Shown in pieces: positions 50,090 to 63,679 of a stretch of DNA of 64,000 bases; position 1 is the first letter of the stretch, and each line of letters starts with the position of its first letter. The stretch is from contig NC_086097.1 of NCBI RefSeq assembly GCF_963921235.1, forward strand, positions 13,082,001-13,146,000. The letters run 5' to 3'. The notes beneath the pieces were generated by a model that was not told the origin of the DNA, made no database searches, and saw nothing but the letters and a program-made list of their open reading frames with translations. This DNA is from Mobula hypostoma. Taxonomy: Eukaryota. Position numbers and translations under genes: made by a program.

Positions 50090-50475
50090 GCTGTGATGAT
50101 TCTGATATGGGTCTCCATCATAAACTGAGAGTGGGAAGGAGGTAGGGAGAAGGGAATCATGGTTGGGAAAAGAGAAGGGAGAGCGGAGGCAGTGGGACAT
50201 ACTGGAGAGACATTCTTTAATGATCAATAATCCAATTGTTTTCAATCAAATGGGCTTCCCTGGTGTCTCGGAATTGGGTGCAGCACCTTCTGTTTTCAAT
50301 CTCTGCCACCTGTCCCACACACCTCCCGTGGTGCTCCACTCTCACCATTTTCAACAACTTTTGCTGCTGCCAGATTTACAAACTTGCTTTCCACTTCATG
50401 TTGACAAATAAAATACTGTTGAAAAGTCTTAGGCACCCCATCTATATATAGAACACATATGTATATACTGTATGT
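50090..50475 (-). mobile_element. Composite Tc1-type element (degenerate copy 3)
   Basis: Internal sequence matches 18000-18365. TIR actgttgaaaagtcttaggcacc at ~50415-50438. Confidence 0.65.
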
Positions 50476-50549
50476 ATAATTATATTGTTGATAGATCTGT
50501 AGGGAGTTGAAGGGAATGTGGGAAAATACAATGGGATGAGTGTAGGATT

Positions 50550-51095
50550 GAAACTCTGGTTAGGCCATATCTGGAGTATTGCATACAGTTCTGGTCACCC
50601 CACTGTAGGAAGATTGTTGAGGCTTTGAAAACAGTGCAGAAGAGGTTTACCAGGATGCTGCCTGGTTTAGAGAGCATGTGCTGTCAAGAGAGGCTGGATA
50701 ATTTGGGTTGTGTTTTTCTGGAGTGACGGAGGCTGAAGGGAGATCTGATAGAGGTTTACAATATTATGAGAGGAATAGATAGAGTAGACAGAGAGTATCT
50801 GTTTCCCAGGTTTGACATATCCATTACCAGCGGGCATGCAATGCAGCTGAGAGGCTTAAAAGGAAGGGTAAGACTTTTACTCAGTCGCGGATGCCTGGTC
50901 TGGTGGTACTGGCAAAAACACTGGAGGCATTTAGGAAATGTTTGAATAGGCGCGTGTATGTAGGGAAGATGGAGGGATATGGACATGGTGTAGGTAGGAG
51001 GGATTAGTGTTTGAGTGTTTTTAATTTGGTTTTTAGCAGGTTCGGCACAACACTGTGACAAATGGCCTGTTCCTGAGCTGTACTGTTGTTCTGTG
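50550..51095 (+). mobile_element. CR1 LINE 3' fragment, degenerate
   Basis: TLVRPYLEYCIQFWSP..VQKRFTRMLPGL frame. Confidence 0.8.
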
Positions 51096-51979
51096 ATTAG
51101 TTTAATTAGATGCATGATGGGTAGCAGGACTTTGCAAATTACACGACCGGTTCCTGTGATTATAAAAGGTGAGGACTAAGTATGACGATGGATCTCAAAA
51201 AGCTTTACACTGAGGAACTGGAAAGTAAACTATCTGCACTAGCAGAATACACTAGTATTTTAGGAACCACTGGATAACTTTAAAATCATAAACTGGATTA
51301 ATTCACATTGACAAAAGGGTTAAACACCAAAGGACATAATTTTAGAATCAGTGATCAGCAGGGAATTCGAGAAAAAAAATCTATCTTCTAACAGGTAATA
51401 CCCAGCTGGATTGTGATAATGGGAGAAACCACGAAAGAAAACAGTGCAATTGTATAAACGAGCTTAAGAGGCAACAGATGTAGTTCTGGAAAGTAAGGGA
51501 ACGCGCATGGCTGGGAGGCAAGGTACTGTAATTGAAATGGTTCATAAAGGGAAGGTTTTGTTGGGGCTATTTGCCTTTTCCTGTTCAAAAACATCTGATG
51601 TTGTTACAGTGTGAGTCTGAATTGCCAGACAAACCTGGGCATCTTTTATTCTTATTCACATGGCCTTAGCAGAAATTTACCTCTTTCATTTTACAATGGA
51701 CAAATTCTGATATTTTAACCTTGACAAATTGAATGGCAATCAATTAGACATTGAAGGTCCTCTGACAGTGAAATGTAACAGTAGGACTTTGTACACTCAA
51801 AGAATTGCTAATGAAATTCCATGATAACTCCTCAAGAATAAAATGCACATACACACTCAGTTGAGGGGTGATGCCTCAAAAAGGTGGCATCCATCACTGA
51901 GGGCCTCCTGACCCAGGTCATGCCTTGGTCTGATTGCTTCCAGCAGGGAGGAGACAGGGGAGCCTGAAGGGATATACTT

Positions 51980-53605
51980 ATAAGACCATGAAACATAAGA
52001 GCAGAATTAGGCCATTCAGCCCATCGAATCTGCTCTGCCATTCCATCATGGCTGATCCTAGATCCTACTCAACACCATACACCTGCCTTCTTGCCAAATC
52101 CTTTGATGTCTTGACCATTCAGGAAACTATCAACTTCCGATTTAAATATACCCAATAACTCGGCCTCCGCCGCAGACTGCGGCAGACATTCACTACTCTC
52201 TGGCTAAAAAAATTCCTCCTTACCTCTGTTCTAAAAGGTCACACTCAGTTCTGAGGCTGAGCCCTCTAGTTCTGGATACCCACACCATAGGAAACATCCT
52301 CTATCTAGTCCTTTCAACATTTGGGAGGTTTCAATGAGATCCCCCTGCATTCTTCTAAATTTCAATGAGCACAGGCCCAAAGCTGCCAAACGTTCCTCAA
52401 ATGTTAACCCTTTCATTCCTGGAATCATTCTTGTGAACCTGTTCTGAACGCTCTCCAACGACAACACATCCTTTCTGAGATATGGGGCCCAATCTGCAAG
52501 TGTGGCCAGACCAGTGTCTTATAAGGTCTCAGCACTATCTCCTTACTTTTATGTTCTATTCCTCTTTAAATAAATGCCAACATTGCATTTGCCTTCTTTA
52601 CCACAGACTCAACCTGTGAATTAACCTTCTGGGAGTCTTGCACGAGGACTCCTAAGACCCTCTGCACCTCAGATGTTTAAACCTTCTCCCCATTTAGGTA
52701 ATAGTCTGCACTATTGTTCGTTTTACCAAAATACAATGTTATACATTTCCCAAAACTGTATTTCATCTGCTACTATTTTGGCCATGATTGCTATTTGTCT
52801 AAGTCCTGCTGCAATCGTATTGCTTCCTCAGCACTACCTACCCCTCGACCTGTCTTCATATCATCCGCAGACTTTGCCACAAAACCATCAATTCCATTAT
52901 CCAAATCATTAACAAACAATGTGAAAAGTGGCGGTCCCAATACAGATCCCCAAGGAACACCATTAGTCACTGGCAGCCAACCAGCAAAGGCCCCCTTTAT
53001 TCCCACTCGCTGCCTCCTGCCTGTCAGCCATTCCGCTATCCATGCCAGTATCTTTCTTGTAATGCCATTGGATTTTATCTTGTTAAGTAGCCTTGTGTGG
53101 CACCTTATCAAATGCCTTCTAAAAATCCAAGTAAATGACATCCACTGCCTCTCCTTTGTCCACCCTGCTTGTTACATCCTCAAAGAACTCTAACAGATTT
53201 GTCAGGCAAGACTTCCCTTTACAGAAGCCATACTGAACTTTGACTTATTTTATCATTAGTCTCCAAGTACTCCAAAACCTCATTCAACAATTCCGTGGAC
53301 ACTGAGGTTGGGCTAACTGGCTTATAATTTCCTTTCTTTTGACTTCCTCCCTTCTTAAAGAGTGCAGTGACATTTGCAATCTTCCAGTCCTCCGGGACCA
53401 TACTAGAATCAAGTGGTTCTTGAAAGATTATGACCAATGCATCTGTTATCTCTTCAGCAACCTCTCTCATGATTTAAGAATGAGGACCATCTGGTCCAGG
53501 TGACTTATCCACGTTTGAGTTTGAGCACGTCTTTCTTTGTAATAGCAATGGCACTCACTCCTGCTCCCTGACACTCACGGACCTCAGGCATACTGCTAGA
53601 GTCTT
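51980..53605 (-). mobile_element. CR1 LINE, ~1.6 kb degenerate ORF2
   Basis: ORFs 52231, 52791 (GVPWGSVLGP..AKSADDMK) and 53219 (VPEDWKIANVT). Inserted in a Rex fragment (~51860-51975). Confidence 0.92.
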
Positions 53606-53949
53606 CACCTGTTGTCGTTTTACAACTGCCACAAAGACAACAGATTTCACGACATATGCCGATGATATTAAACTTGGTTCTGTTTCTGAATCAATACTTT
53701 ATGGACCAATGGCAAGAATTTACAATACAAGGAAAACTTAGCAATTTAATGACTATATTTTTGCAATGTTGATGAATTCAGCACCTGTTTTATAACCAGC
53801 AAGAACCATGGAGTTCTTAAGACCCATTTTAATAGGTAAGTTGTGTTTTGATTCATTGTTTCAGCTATGACAAATGTCTAGCAATATGTTAGCAGTGAAG
53901 TATTAGCTCAGGCTCTTGAAACAGGCCACGCATATGGCACATACAGGAC

Positions 53950-54415
53950 TGAAAGAGGCTGAAGAGAGCCAGTTCTATCATGGGCACAACCCTCTCCCCC
54001 ATTGAGAACATTTTCAAAAATCAATGCCTCAAGAAGATGGCATACATCATAAAGCATCCTCACCATTTGGGAAATGCGCCCTTCTCATTAGTACGATCAA
54101 GGAGGAAGTACGGGAACCTAAAGACCCATAATCTGTGCTTTAAGAACATCTCCTTCCCCTTTTCCATCAAATTTCTGAATGGTCTTTGGCCTCATGAACA
54201 GCAGTTCGCTAATTCTCTTTTGCAGTATCTCACTATCTGTCTATCTGTCTGTTTGCCTCCCTGTCTGTCTATCTATGTATGTCTATCTATCTACGTATCT
54301 ATCTATTTATCTATTTTTTATTGTAACTGAAACTAAATTTTATGTTTTGTACTGTATCGTAGCCACAGAACAATAAATTTCACACCATATATCAGATAAT
54401 AAACCTGATTCTGAT
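53950..54415 (+). mobile_element. Rex1/Babar 3' fragment with (TCTA/TCTG)n expansion
   Basis: ORF 53980 GTTLSPIENIFK..CLKKMAYIIKHPHH and aataaacctgattctga tail. Confidence 0.75.
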
Positions 54416-55284
54416 TGTGGTATTTCTTTCTGGAGAGGTAAGATAGATAATTAATATAAATTTCTTTGCCAGAGTTATATGTATAATGTAAAGACATGCT
54501 TGATGCCCATGCTTCATGATCTTGCAACCAGTTTTTTGGAATTAACTGCAAACTATAAACGGTTGCTTCTTGACCGGGAAAAATTTTCTAGTCCCACCCC
54601 TCTTGAACTGTACAACCACAGGTGTGTCGGCCACTCATTGTCACTCCCTTGAATTGAATCGAAATGCATGGAGTTGGGAATGTTAGCTGGTAAATGCATA
54701 GCACAGTTAGACAAAGGTGAACTCACCACCTTCCTTAAATATAGTCAAGCTCGTATTAAAAATAATCATGATTTATCAACCATTTGATTTGGACAATAAA
54801 TAAAACCAATCCTCATGTTCCTGAATGAAATGACTTCCTTGGTTTGCAGAGATTTCAACCCACTCACATTCTCAGTAATATCACAGTAAATCTTGCATAA
54901 TAGTATTTTGGAAACCACTAGTTCAATCCTCGTTGAGTGGTGTTGTTGCCGTGGTAATCATTGGTTATTTACTCTTATTTTAAGTTGAGTTGTAAAAAGC
55001 CAAAGATTCTGTGGAGGAATTCAGTTTTCATACATGAAGAGTTTTTTTTTAAATTTAGAAACACTTTGCGGTAAGAGGTCCTTCTGGCCCAATGAGCGTG
55101 TGCTGCCCAATTGCACCCAAGCGACCAATTAACTGACTAACCCATAAGTCTTTGGAATGTGGGAGGAAACCAGAGCACCCAGAGGAAGCACATGCAGTCT
55201 TGGGGAGAACATAGAAACTCCTATGGTGGAAATGAACTCAGTCACCAGTACTGAATGACCTCCTGGGAAAGGTTTCACTGCTAA

Positions 55285-55680
55285 TGTAATGGTTTTTCTG
55301 TAGCAGCAGTGTTTGGGTTATGACTAGAGATAATGGGGGCTTTGGAATGTGCACTGTCCTATGAAGGGAGTGTTTTTTTTTCTTGTTGTGTGCCTGAGAA
55401 CGAGGTGATCTGGGTCTTTTGTTCGAAGGAAGATGAAAAGAGAAGATGCCGGAAAGAAGAGGTCATAAGCATGCGAAAGGAGAGGACGGATTGGGGCCGG
55501 GAGTCGAGGAAGCCCGAGGGAAATCGACGGAGGACCAACGAAAGGGAAACTGTGAGCTCCAATGTGCACATTAGACTGTTCCTTTAAAATGAGCCCTTTT
55601 CTTTTCATTTTACTTTACTAATCCTTTAGTTAAATTAAGAGTTATAAAGCTAAATCATTCAGCTGCATATAGTGTACTAC
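55285..55680. mobile_element. Possible partial solo LTR
   Basis: Starts TGTAA, CpG-richer than its flanks, no ORF homology. No second LTR or CA terminus confirmed. Confidence 0.3.
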
Positions 55681-56884
55681 CTAGTGAAGGAAAACGTACG
55701 TATGTCAGAATAAATTCAAAAAGCCAGTTGGCCTATTCCCTCTCCTAATTCTTATATTCTTGATGTTACATTTGGGAATCACTTAAAGGGAAAGGCGAAC
55801 TCAGTGACTGATTGTCCACAGGATGTCATACTGGATTAGCAGTTATTTACCAATATTCTGGGTCTTCAGTGACATAGACTTGTATCCAATCAGACAGCTA
55901 GAGAATTTACACTTAGCATTTTGAATGTTTTTTTACGTATTTTGTTGCATATTCTTCATGTCATTGAAGGAGATAATTTTTCACATTGAGTCCAGACAAA
56001 CTTTCAGAGCATTCCAAAGGTTCTCATTCCCCCAGTTATTTCCCTATCGGGCTCCTGGACAGGATTCAGGGCTGAACTGGCCCCCACAGCTGTGGGCTCA
56101 CTTTCGGGGACCCTATAGTACACGTTCCACATGTTTTTGTTTACTTCTTTTTACTATTTGCATAATTTACTATAAACTTGCTGACCACACAACTATTGTT
56201 GGCAGAATTTCAGATAGTGCTGAGAAGGTGTACAGGAATGTGACAGATCAGCTGGTTGAGCATTGCAGCAACAACCTTGCATCTAACTTCAACCTTCCCC
56301 TCCGCCATCTGATATATATATAGTAATTCACAATTTTTTATTATTATGTATTGCAATAACCTGTTGCCAGAAAAACAGCAAATTTCACAATGTATGCCGG
56401 TGTTACTAAACCTGATTCAGATTCAGGATTTGTCCCCTTCTGCAAATTGGATATGTGGCTGTCTTGTTGTGTCTGTATCTTTTAGTGAATTCTATTGTGT
56501 TTCTTTGTTTTGTGGGTGCCTGCAAGAAGATGTATCTCAAGGTTGTCTATGATATGTATGCATTGATAATAAATTTGAACCTTGAACTCTCATTAACTTT
56601 AACCTCCTCTGCGTCTCTTGTACACTACAGAGTAACTTACAGAGGCCAATTAACCTACCGGTACAACTTTGGGAAGTGGGAGAGAAAGGGAGCCCCTGTG
56701 GGAGAAATCCCCACAGCCATAGGGAGAAGATAAGAGCTCTGCCCAGTCAGCACCAGAGATCAGTATCAAACCCTGGATATGTGAAGCAGCAGAGCTCTAG
56801 CTGCGAGAAAAAGCCATGCATAAAAGTAGGAAGGAGGAGATTTTTCTCCAAAAATCTACCAGTCTCAGTAACATTAAACATGAT

Positions 56885-57140
56885 AACATAATGTTTAGCA
56901 TGACACTATTACAGCTCAGGGCTCTGGAATTCAGATTTCAATTCTGCCACCATCTGAAAGGAGTTTGTACGCTCTCCCTGTGACCACCCAGGGCTCCTCT
57001 GGGACATAGGTATACTGGTTAGCAAGTTAATAAGTCATTGTTGATTGCCCTGCGACTAGGATAGTGTTAAATAGATGGGTTACTGGGTGGGTAGACAAGA
57101 AGGATCTGTTCCACACTGTATCTCTAAGTAAAATAAATAA
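56885..57140 (+). mobile_element. V-SINE, degenerate
   Basis: Head ttagcatgacactattacagctcagg, ggagtttgtacg core and aataaa tail. Confidence 0.7.
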
Positions 57141-57589
57141 AATGAAGGTATTATCCCTCAGAAGGGGAAATCTTCCATCCTTATCAATACACACCCATCG
57201 TAACAACCTCAGAGTCAGGTCGAGGTGGGTATGTTTTACAGTGTGAGGATATGTAAATGGACAGAGAGATGAGTGTGATGGTGCAGCAGATACCAGTAAA
57301 AAGCACAGTGTGTGGAGTGTTTTTTTGCTGCATATCTCTGTGAATTGACGTTTGCAATAAAAATGGTTAAAACTAAACCAAAGCTGTGTTGGTTGTCATC
57401 ACTGTGAAACTGACATCAGCCCTGGGATTTCCGTGCACTTGTGAAAAATCTGAAGTTTCAGCTTGTGATCCAGTTTAACTCCCAGGGAAATCCCGGGAAA
57501 TGATGTGAACTTAAACTATTTACAAGTTGGCCCTGCTGCAAAAAATTGTATGCTTTCTGCATGAGCTCCTAGTGTATCTAATAACATGC

Positions 57590-57617
57590 CAAAGATCAAA
57601 GTAACTTTATTATCAAA

Positions 57618-57653
<36 letters not shown>

Positions 57654-58060
57654 CATCATATACATCCCTAAGATTCATTTTATTGCAGGCATATATAGTT
57701 AGTCCATAAAGGAATAATAGAATCAATAAAAGACCACACCGACAGGATGTCACCCAGTGTTCAAAAGGCAACACACTGTGCAAGTACAAAAAGAAAGAAA
57801 ATAATAATAATAAATGAGCAATAAATATCAAGAATATGAGATGAAGAGTCCTTGAAGAGTCCTTAGTCCTTGAGGACTAAGTTTAGAGATGTGCACGTGA
57901 AGTTGAGTGAGGTAATGCCCCCTGGTTCAAGAGCTTATTGGCTGAGGGGTAATAACTGTTTCTGAGGCTCCTGTACCTTCTTCCTGGCAGCAACAAGAAG
58001 AGGGCATGACCTAGGTGGTGGGGTCCCTGATGATAGATGCTGCTTTCCTGCAACAATGCT
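57590..58060 (-). mobile_element. Rex1/Babar 3' fragment with (TA)n at ~57621-57651
   Basis: RKAASIIRDPTT.VMPSSCCCQ-type decayed frame and standard tail. Confidence 0.7.
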
Positions 58061-58274
58061 CAGCTGTAGTCGATAATGAGCATCCTGTTGTATGTACCTC
58101 TGCTGTCCATCTTTTCTAGGGTCGCATAAAAAGCCAATGATATGGCATCTGCTGCGGACCTGTTGTGCAGGTCGGCAAATTGTAGTGTATAAATGTCACC
58201 TCGATTTGTTTCATCACCAATCTCTCAAAACACTTCGTCATTGCGGATGTAAGTGCTCCTGGACAATAGTCAAG

Positions 58275-59036
58275 ATTTGAAGTTCAAAGTTCAAAGGTCA
58301 AAGTACATTTATTATCAGGCAGCCACAAAACAAGAAATCCAAAAGAAAACGACTAACAATTATCCAATATGCAAAGAGAGAGAGAATAAAATACAAATTA
58401 TGCAAACAATAAAAGCAAGCAGTATTCAGAACTAACGTGAGTCTATAGACACGAAGCCTGGAGGAGCCAGAGCTGGCCCACAGGCTCAGCCTTAGTGCAG
58501 TGGAGAGTGGATTAAATGTCACAGAGTAGTGATCACAACTGACTCGACCTTCGCCTCCTGTCCCGACTCCATGCCTTTTCAATCCATCCAGCTCACCGTT
58601 TAAATTGTCCAGACATCGGCTCATTCCCCACATTAGGACTCGGGTCCCACCATATCGATACGCTCTGGGCCTGGACCCCAATGCCACATTCCAGCCTGTA
58701 CTTGACTTTTCTAAATCGGCTTAGTGCTTAAATCTATCCAACCTCCCTCTCAGTTTAGGTGGACAATCTCCAAAACTCCTTCACTCTGCCTGCTCCAACT
58801 CCATCTCCAACTTCATCTTGACCACACCTTCTTGGACCTGCCTAGATCTCGCTCCAACTTGACTTCGCACCCGCACTCTCAAGTCTACCTTGCCTTCACT
58901 CACCACTTCATTGTTTGTGGTGATTGTTTACCACAATTTTCCACAGAAAAAGTGTTATTAATAAAGTATTTTGTTTTATTTCTTCCCTTATGATCCACCA
59001 GTAAGCTGTCATCCATTTTCAGTAGTGGCATCTTAA
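58275..59036 (-). mobile_element. Non-coding retroposon with AAGATG(C)C start and (ttgaac) LINE-type tail
   Basis: Minus strand begins taagatgccact and ends ttgaactttgaac. Inserted in an old Rex RT fragment (58070-58270, 59040-59285). Confidence 0.45.
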
Positions 59037-59608
59037 ATCATTATCATCACTGAGGCAGGTGACATCTTTCTTCATAGGCCCCAGTATAACTGAAGCCTAC
59101 ATGAAGCAAGTGACATCCTCAGACTGCGGAAGAGAGAGGTTAAAGGTCTCAGTGAACACTCCAGCCAGTTAATCAGCACAGATCTTTAGTACTTGACCAG
59201 GTAGGCAGTCTGGGTCGAATGACTTCCAAGGGTTCCCCCTCCTGAAAGATGCTCACACATTGGCCTCAGAGACTGAAATCACAAATATGATAATAACATA
59301 TTAATCTATAATTACTGCTTACTCAATCTACCTGACACTCTGCTCTTGGTCTTTCAACACCACTCTCCATTGCTAACCAGTTCTCCACTCTGAAGCACAA
59401 TTCTGTTCAGTACAACTCCAGGCAACCACTTCATTTCCTCATACTCCACAGCACCTGTGCAAAGCGTGTCTGAAAATGTTTCTAAAGTAAGAGAAATTCA
59501 ATATTTATTTATTTATTGAGATACAGCACGGAACTGGCCTTTCCAGCCATTCCAGCTGTGCCATCCAGCAACCTCTGATTTAATCCGACCCTAAATATGA
59601 GACACTTT

Positions 59609-60192
59609 CTTTCTTTCTTTCCTTTTAAATCTTTTTATTAATTTTCAAAATTATAAACTCAATAACAAAGTTGATACAAAGAGATTGGAATAGTCTTAAT
59701 CAGCATACACAAAAAAGTTTTTAAGTAACATAAGTATAATAGACTTCCAAACTCATAATGAAATTAGTTATAAAAAAAAGAAATAAAAAGAAAAAAATAT
59801 ATATATAAACAAAGAAAAATCCCCAAAAGAAAAAGAAAAAAACCCCAAAAAGAGACAGAACAAAACAGGGCTAGACCAATATCTTGAATCAGACACGTTC
59901 AGTAATGTCGTCAACTCTGCTCCTCTAATCATATAATTTAAGTTAAAAAAACGATTCAGGAAGGTCAGATTACATCATATGAAAATGTTGCATAAAAGGT
60001 TTCCAAGTTTCTTCAAATTTAACCGAAGGATCAAAAATATCACTTCTAATTTTTTCTAAATTTAAACTTAATATAGTTTGAGAAAACCATTGGAATGTAG
60101 TAGGAGGATTGATTTCCTTCCAGTTCAACCAAATAGATCTTCTAGCCATTAAAGTAACAAATGCTATCATCCGACAGGCTGAAGAAGACACG
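59609..60192 (-). mobile_element. L1-clade LINE 3' end with A-rich tail, inserted in a V-SINE (59505-60360)
   Basis: ORF 59970-60191 AFVTLMARRSIWLNWK..PP...W......LNLEKIR......F...W.PF (fish-type L1 ORF2 end). aataaa plus A/G-rich tail. gacacttt duplicated at 59601 and 60194. Confidence 0.85.
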
Positions 60193-60544
60193 GGACACTT
60201 TATACGTACTAATTACCTTTGGACTGTGGGAGGAAACTGGAGCACCTGGAGGAAACACATGCGGTCATGGGGATAACGTGCAAACTCCCTACAGGCAGTG
60301 GCAGCTGTAGAAACCTGGTCGCCTGTACTGTAAGGTGTTGTGCTAACCACTACGCTACGCCCATATGACAGGAAGGGAAGAGACATCGTTATCGGCCTTT
60401 GTTCTATCGAATTCCAGTTAGATAAAGGAGAGTGAAGCAGATCTATTCCCAATGGGCTGAACATTTAGAAGGTACTAAACACAGATTTAAAGTCTTAATT
60501 CATCAATTTAAACAGCCTTCCTTGCGTATCACAGTTAAAAACGT

Positions 60545-60548
<4 letters not shown>

Positions 60549-60582
<34 letters not shown>

Positions 60583-60591
60583 TCACACACA
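60549..60591. repeat. (CA)n microsatellite
   Basis: Read directly. Confidence 0.95.
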
Positions 60592-61484
60592 ATACATAGG
60601 CTAGAGTTGTTTTTCTTGGCTGAAGGTTGACATGCTAGAGGTATTCACAGTTATGAGAGGCATTAATAACAGGGCATGACCTCGTGATAGGAATCCTTCA
60701 TAATGGATGTCCCCTTTTTGAGATATCGCTTCTTGAAGATGTTCTGGATACCACAGAGGCTGGTGCCCATGATGGAGCTGACTAAGTTTACAATTCTCTG
60801 CAGCTTACTTTGATCCTGTGCAGTAGTCCCCTCCTATACCAGATAGTGATACAGACAGTTAGAATGGTCTGTATGTTATGTCTGTAGAAATATAGCCACT
60901 GTCAAGCCTTCTTTCTAGCTGCATCAATATGTTTGGTCCAGAATAGATCTTCAGAGATGCCAACATGCAGGAACTTGAAGTTGTTCACTCTTTCCACTTT
61001 TAGATGTCAGCAAAGTCATCTAAAGCTGCAGGTCACAGGTTCAGGGCAAGGTGTAAGAAAATTAAAAGGAATCTGAGGGTGATCTTTATCACCCTAAGGG
61101 TGTCTAAAATCTGAAACACACCAAGTGAGTAGATGGTGGAGGTGGAGACCCTCACAAAATTTAAGAAGCATCTGGGTTATCATGTAGAATTCATGGACTA
61201 AACACTGTCAGATGAGATGAGTATGGATAGGTATGTGATGGTCAGTATGGATGGTAATGGGCTGAAGACCCTGTTTCTGTGCTGTAAGTCTATATGGCAT
61301 GAACATACTCAGGAATGTGAGCAAGCTGATAATTGCACATGCACACACATAGACACACACAAATATAAACTTACAAATGTGCATACATATAAATACAAGC
61401 TCCTACACAAACATGAACAAACACAGTAATGCACTTGCACTCAATTTTAGCAATTAGTTTAATGAGTAAAGAACTGATTTATTA

Positions 61485-61745
61485 GAAACACAAGAGATTC
61501 TGTAAATGCTGAAACTCCAGAGCAACGCACACAAAATACTGGAGGAGGTCAGCGGTTTAGGCAACATCGATGAAAATAAATAAACAGTATCGACGTTTCA
61601 GGGCGAGACCCTTCATCAGGATTGGAATGGAAGGGGAAAAACATCTGAATGAAAAGGTGGGTAAAGGGGAAGGGGGGCTAGCTAGAAGGAGAAAGGTGAA
61701 GCCAGGTGGGCTGGAGAAGAAGGAATCTGATAGGAGAATAGAGGG
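61485..61745 (-). mobile_element. Penelope terminal fragment
   Basis: Same terminal motif as 11268 and 33614. Confidence 0.8.
61589..61622 (-). ncRNA. Minimal hammerhead ribozyme motif, intact core
   Basis: Minus strand ATC-CTGATGA-AGGG-tctcg-CCCT-GAAAC-GTC-GAT: stem I AUC/GAU, stem II AGGG/CCCU. Confidence 0.75.
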
Positions 61746-61989
61746 GATTATCAGCTTTGAGAATCTCCTTGATTTTCCCTTTGATGGTTCTGTTGAATGT
61801 GACCAGAAGCCATTTATATTTATCAGAATCAGGTTTAATATCGTTGGCATGTGAAATTTGTTAACTTTGCGGCAGCAGTACAAGGCAATATATGATAATA
61901 TAGAGAAAAAAAATACTGTGAGTTACAGTATACACAGTATGTGTGTGTATATATATATATATACAAAATAGTTAAATCTAAAGCTGTAG

Positions 61990-62310
61990 GTCTCCAGGAG
62001 AAGGCTCAGGAGCTTGAAGACTCGTACGGCCAGATTTGGGACCAGCTTCTTTCCAACTGTGATAAGACTGCTGAACGGATCCTGACCCGGATCTGGGCCG
62101 CACCCTCGAAATATCTGGACGTGCATCTCGGTTTTTTTGCACTACCTTACTTTCCATTTTTCTATTTTCTATTTATGATTTATGATTTAAATTTTTAATA
62201 TTTACTATCGATTTGTAATCCAGGGAGCGAAAAGCGCAGAATCAAATATCGCTATGATGATCGTACGTTCTAGTATCAATTATTTGGCGACAATAAGGTA
62301 TAAAGTATAA
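61990..62310 (+). mobile_element. Rex1/Babar LINE 3' end
   Basis: Near-identical to the reverse complement of 23203-23510. Confidence 0.9.
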
Positions 62311-63679
62311 ATTAAATAGGTAGTGCAAAAAAAGTAGTGGGGTAGTTCAATATCCATTCAGAAATCAGATGACAAAAGAGAAGAAGCTTTATAGTTTATA
62401 GTTTAAAGATGAATAACCACCTATAATTTTGTCAGAATAAGTCATTTTTCACGCTTGTATCAAAAACAACAATTATCAGCTACTCCCTAACATTAACCAG
62501 CTCAGTGAGGTATTGTACCCACATGGGATACAGAGCAGGGAAGTTTCTGGCTCCGTGTGACTGGCCTCCACTCTTTTGTCACATTTGGTAATGCTGAATG
62601 AGGATAACAACGTAAGTGCTTAACATTGATGGTTTACTCCCCTGCCGAGCACAACCCTCCAAAGACATCAGCAAGCAAGTGGGGGGATGTTTACAATAAC
62701 CTACCGCAGCTAAACCCAAGTCAATGCCAATAATTACTGCTGCCCAAAACCTTTGTTGATCAAAGACCAGCGATTCTGGCTTGTAGCACAGATTACTACT
62801 CGGTCTGACAAAAAAATGTATTCACTTAATGGGTCCAGTTAAAATGCACAGTGAGCTTATTCAGTGGTAGAGTTGTTACTTGGCCCACTGACAAAGGGAT
62901 GACACTCATTACGGAGAGCGGCAAAACTATAACAGAAGCACAAAATCTCTGCCAAAACGGTAATGAATAGTTTGCAGACAGTACAGGGAATTGGCACCAG
63001 TTACAAGCAAATTTGCCTCTTATATTAAAAATTTGTAACAGTTACAATTTCCTTCACTAGCAATTAGTTTGCCGTTGCCACAAGGTTTCTTTCACTTTCT
63101 TAGGAGCTCTGTATTTTTGTTTGCTTTGGTTCATTTTAAAATTTATCCCATTGGCGTTTACAATAAAACTGCGTCTAACAATGCTCTTCTCGCTGCGAAG
63201 CTGTGGGCTAGAAATTCACTTGCAGAGAGTACATTTTTTAAGAGCTATGCAATTGATTTTGAACATTTATTTGATCTTTGAAGTGCAACTGGTGTTTTTC
63301 AACACAGCTTTTGATTGACCGCTTCTCTGCGGATGCCAGAGATTTTGCACAGGGGGATAGTAATCCGAGCCCCATGTCTTCTTCCTGGGCCCTTAGCTTC
63401 CAGTGGAGCGGAGGACATCGATAACCTCCCTTTGAATCTGCAGTCCATTGTGTCCACTGTACAGGGAATTGGTCTATACAGTTGTACCAGAGACTTCTGG
63501 CCAGCCTTTCCCATTTCCACCTCTCACGACGAGGGACATAGGGTCGGACTTCGAGAGGCCCAAGCCCAATGACCAAATTATAATTGTCTCTCTTGTGAAG
63601 TTGAATTATATATATATATCAAATTTACACTCAGAAGAGGCTTGGCAATGCTATTAAAGGGATCATCAAGTACCATGAA

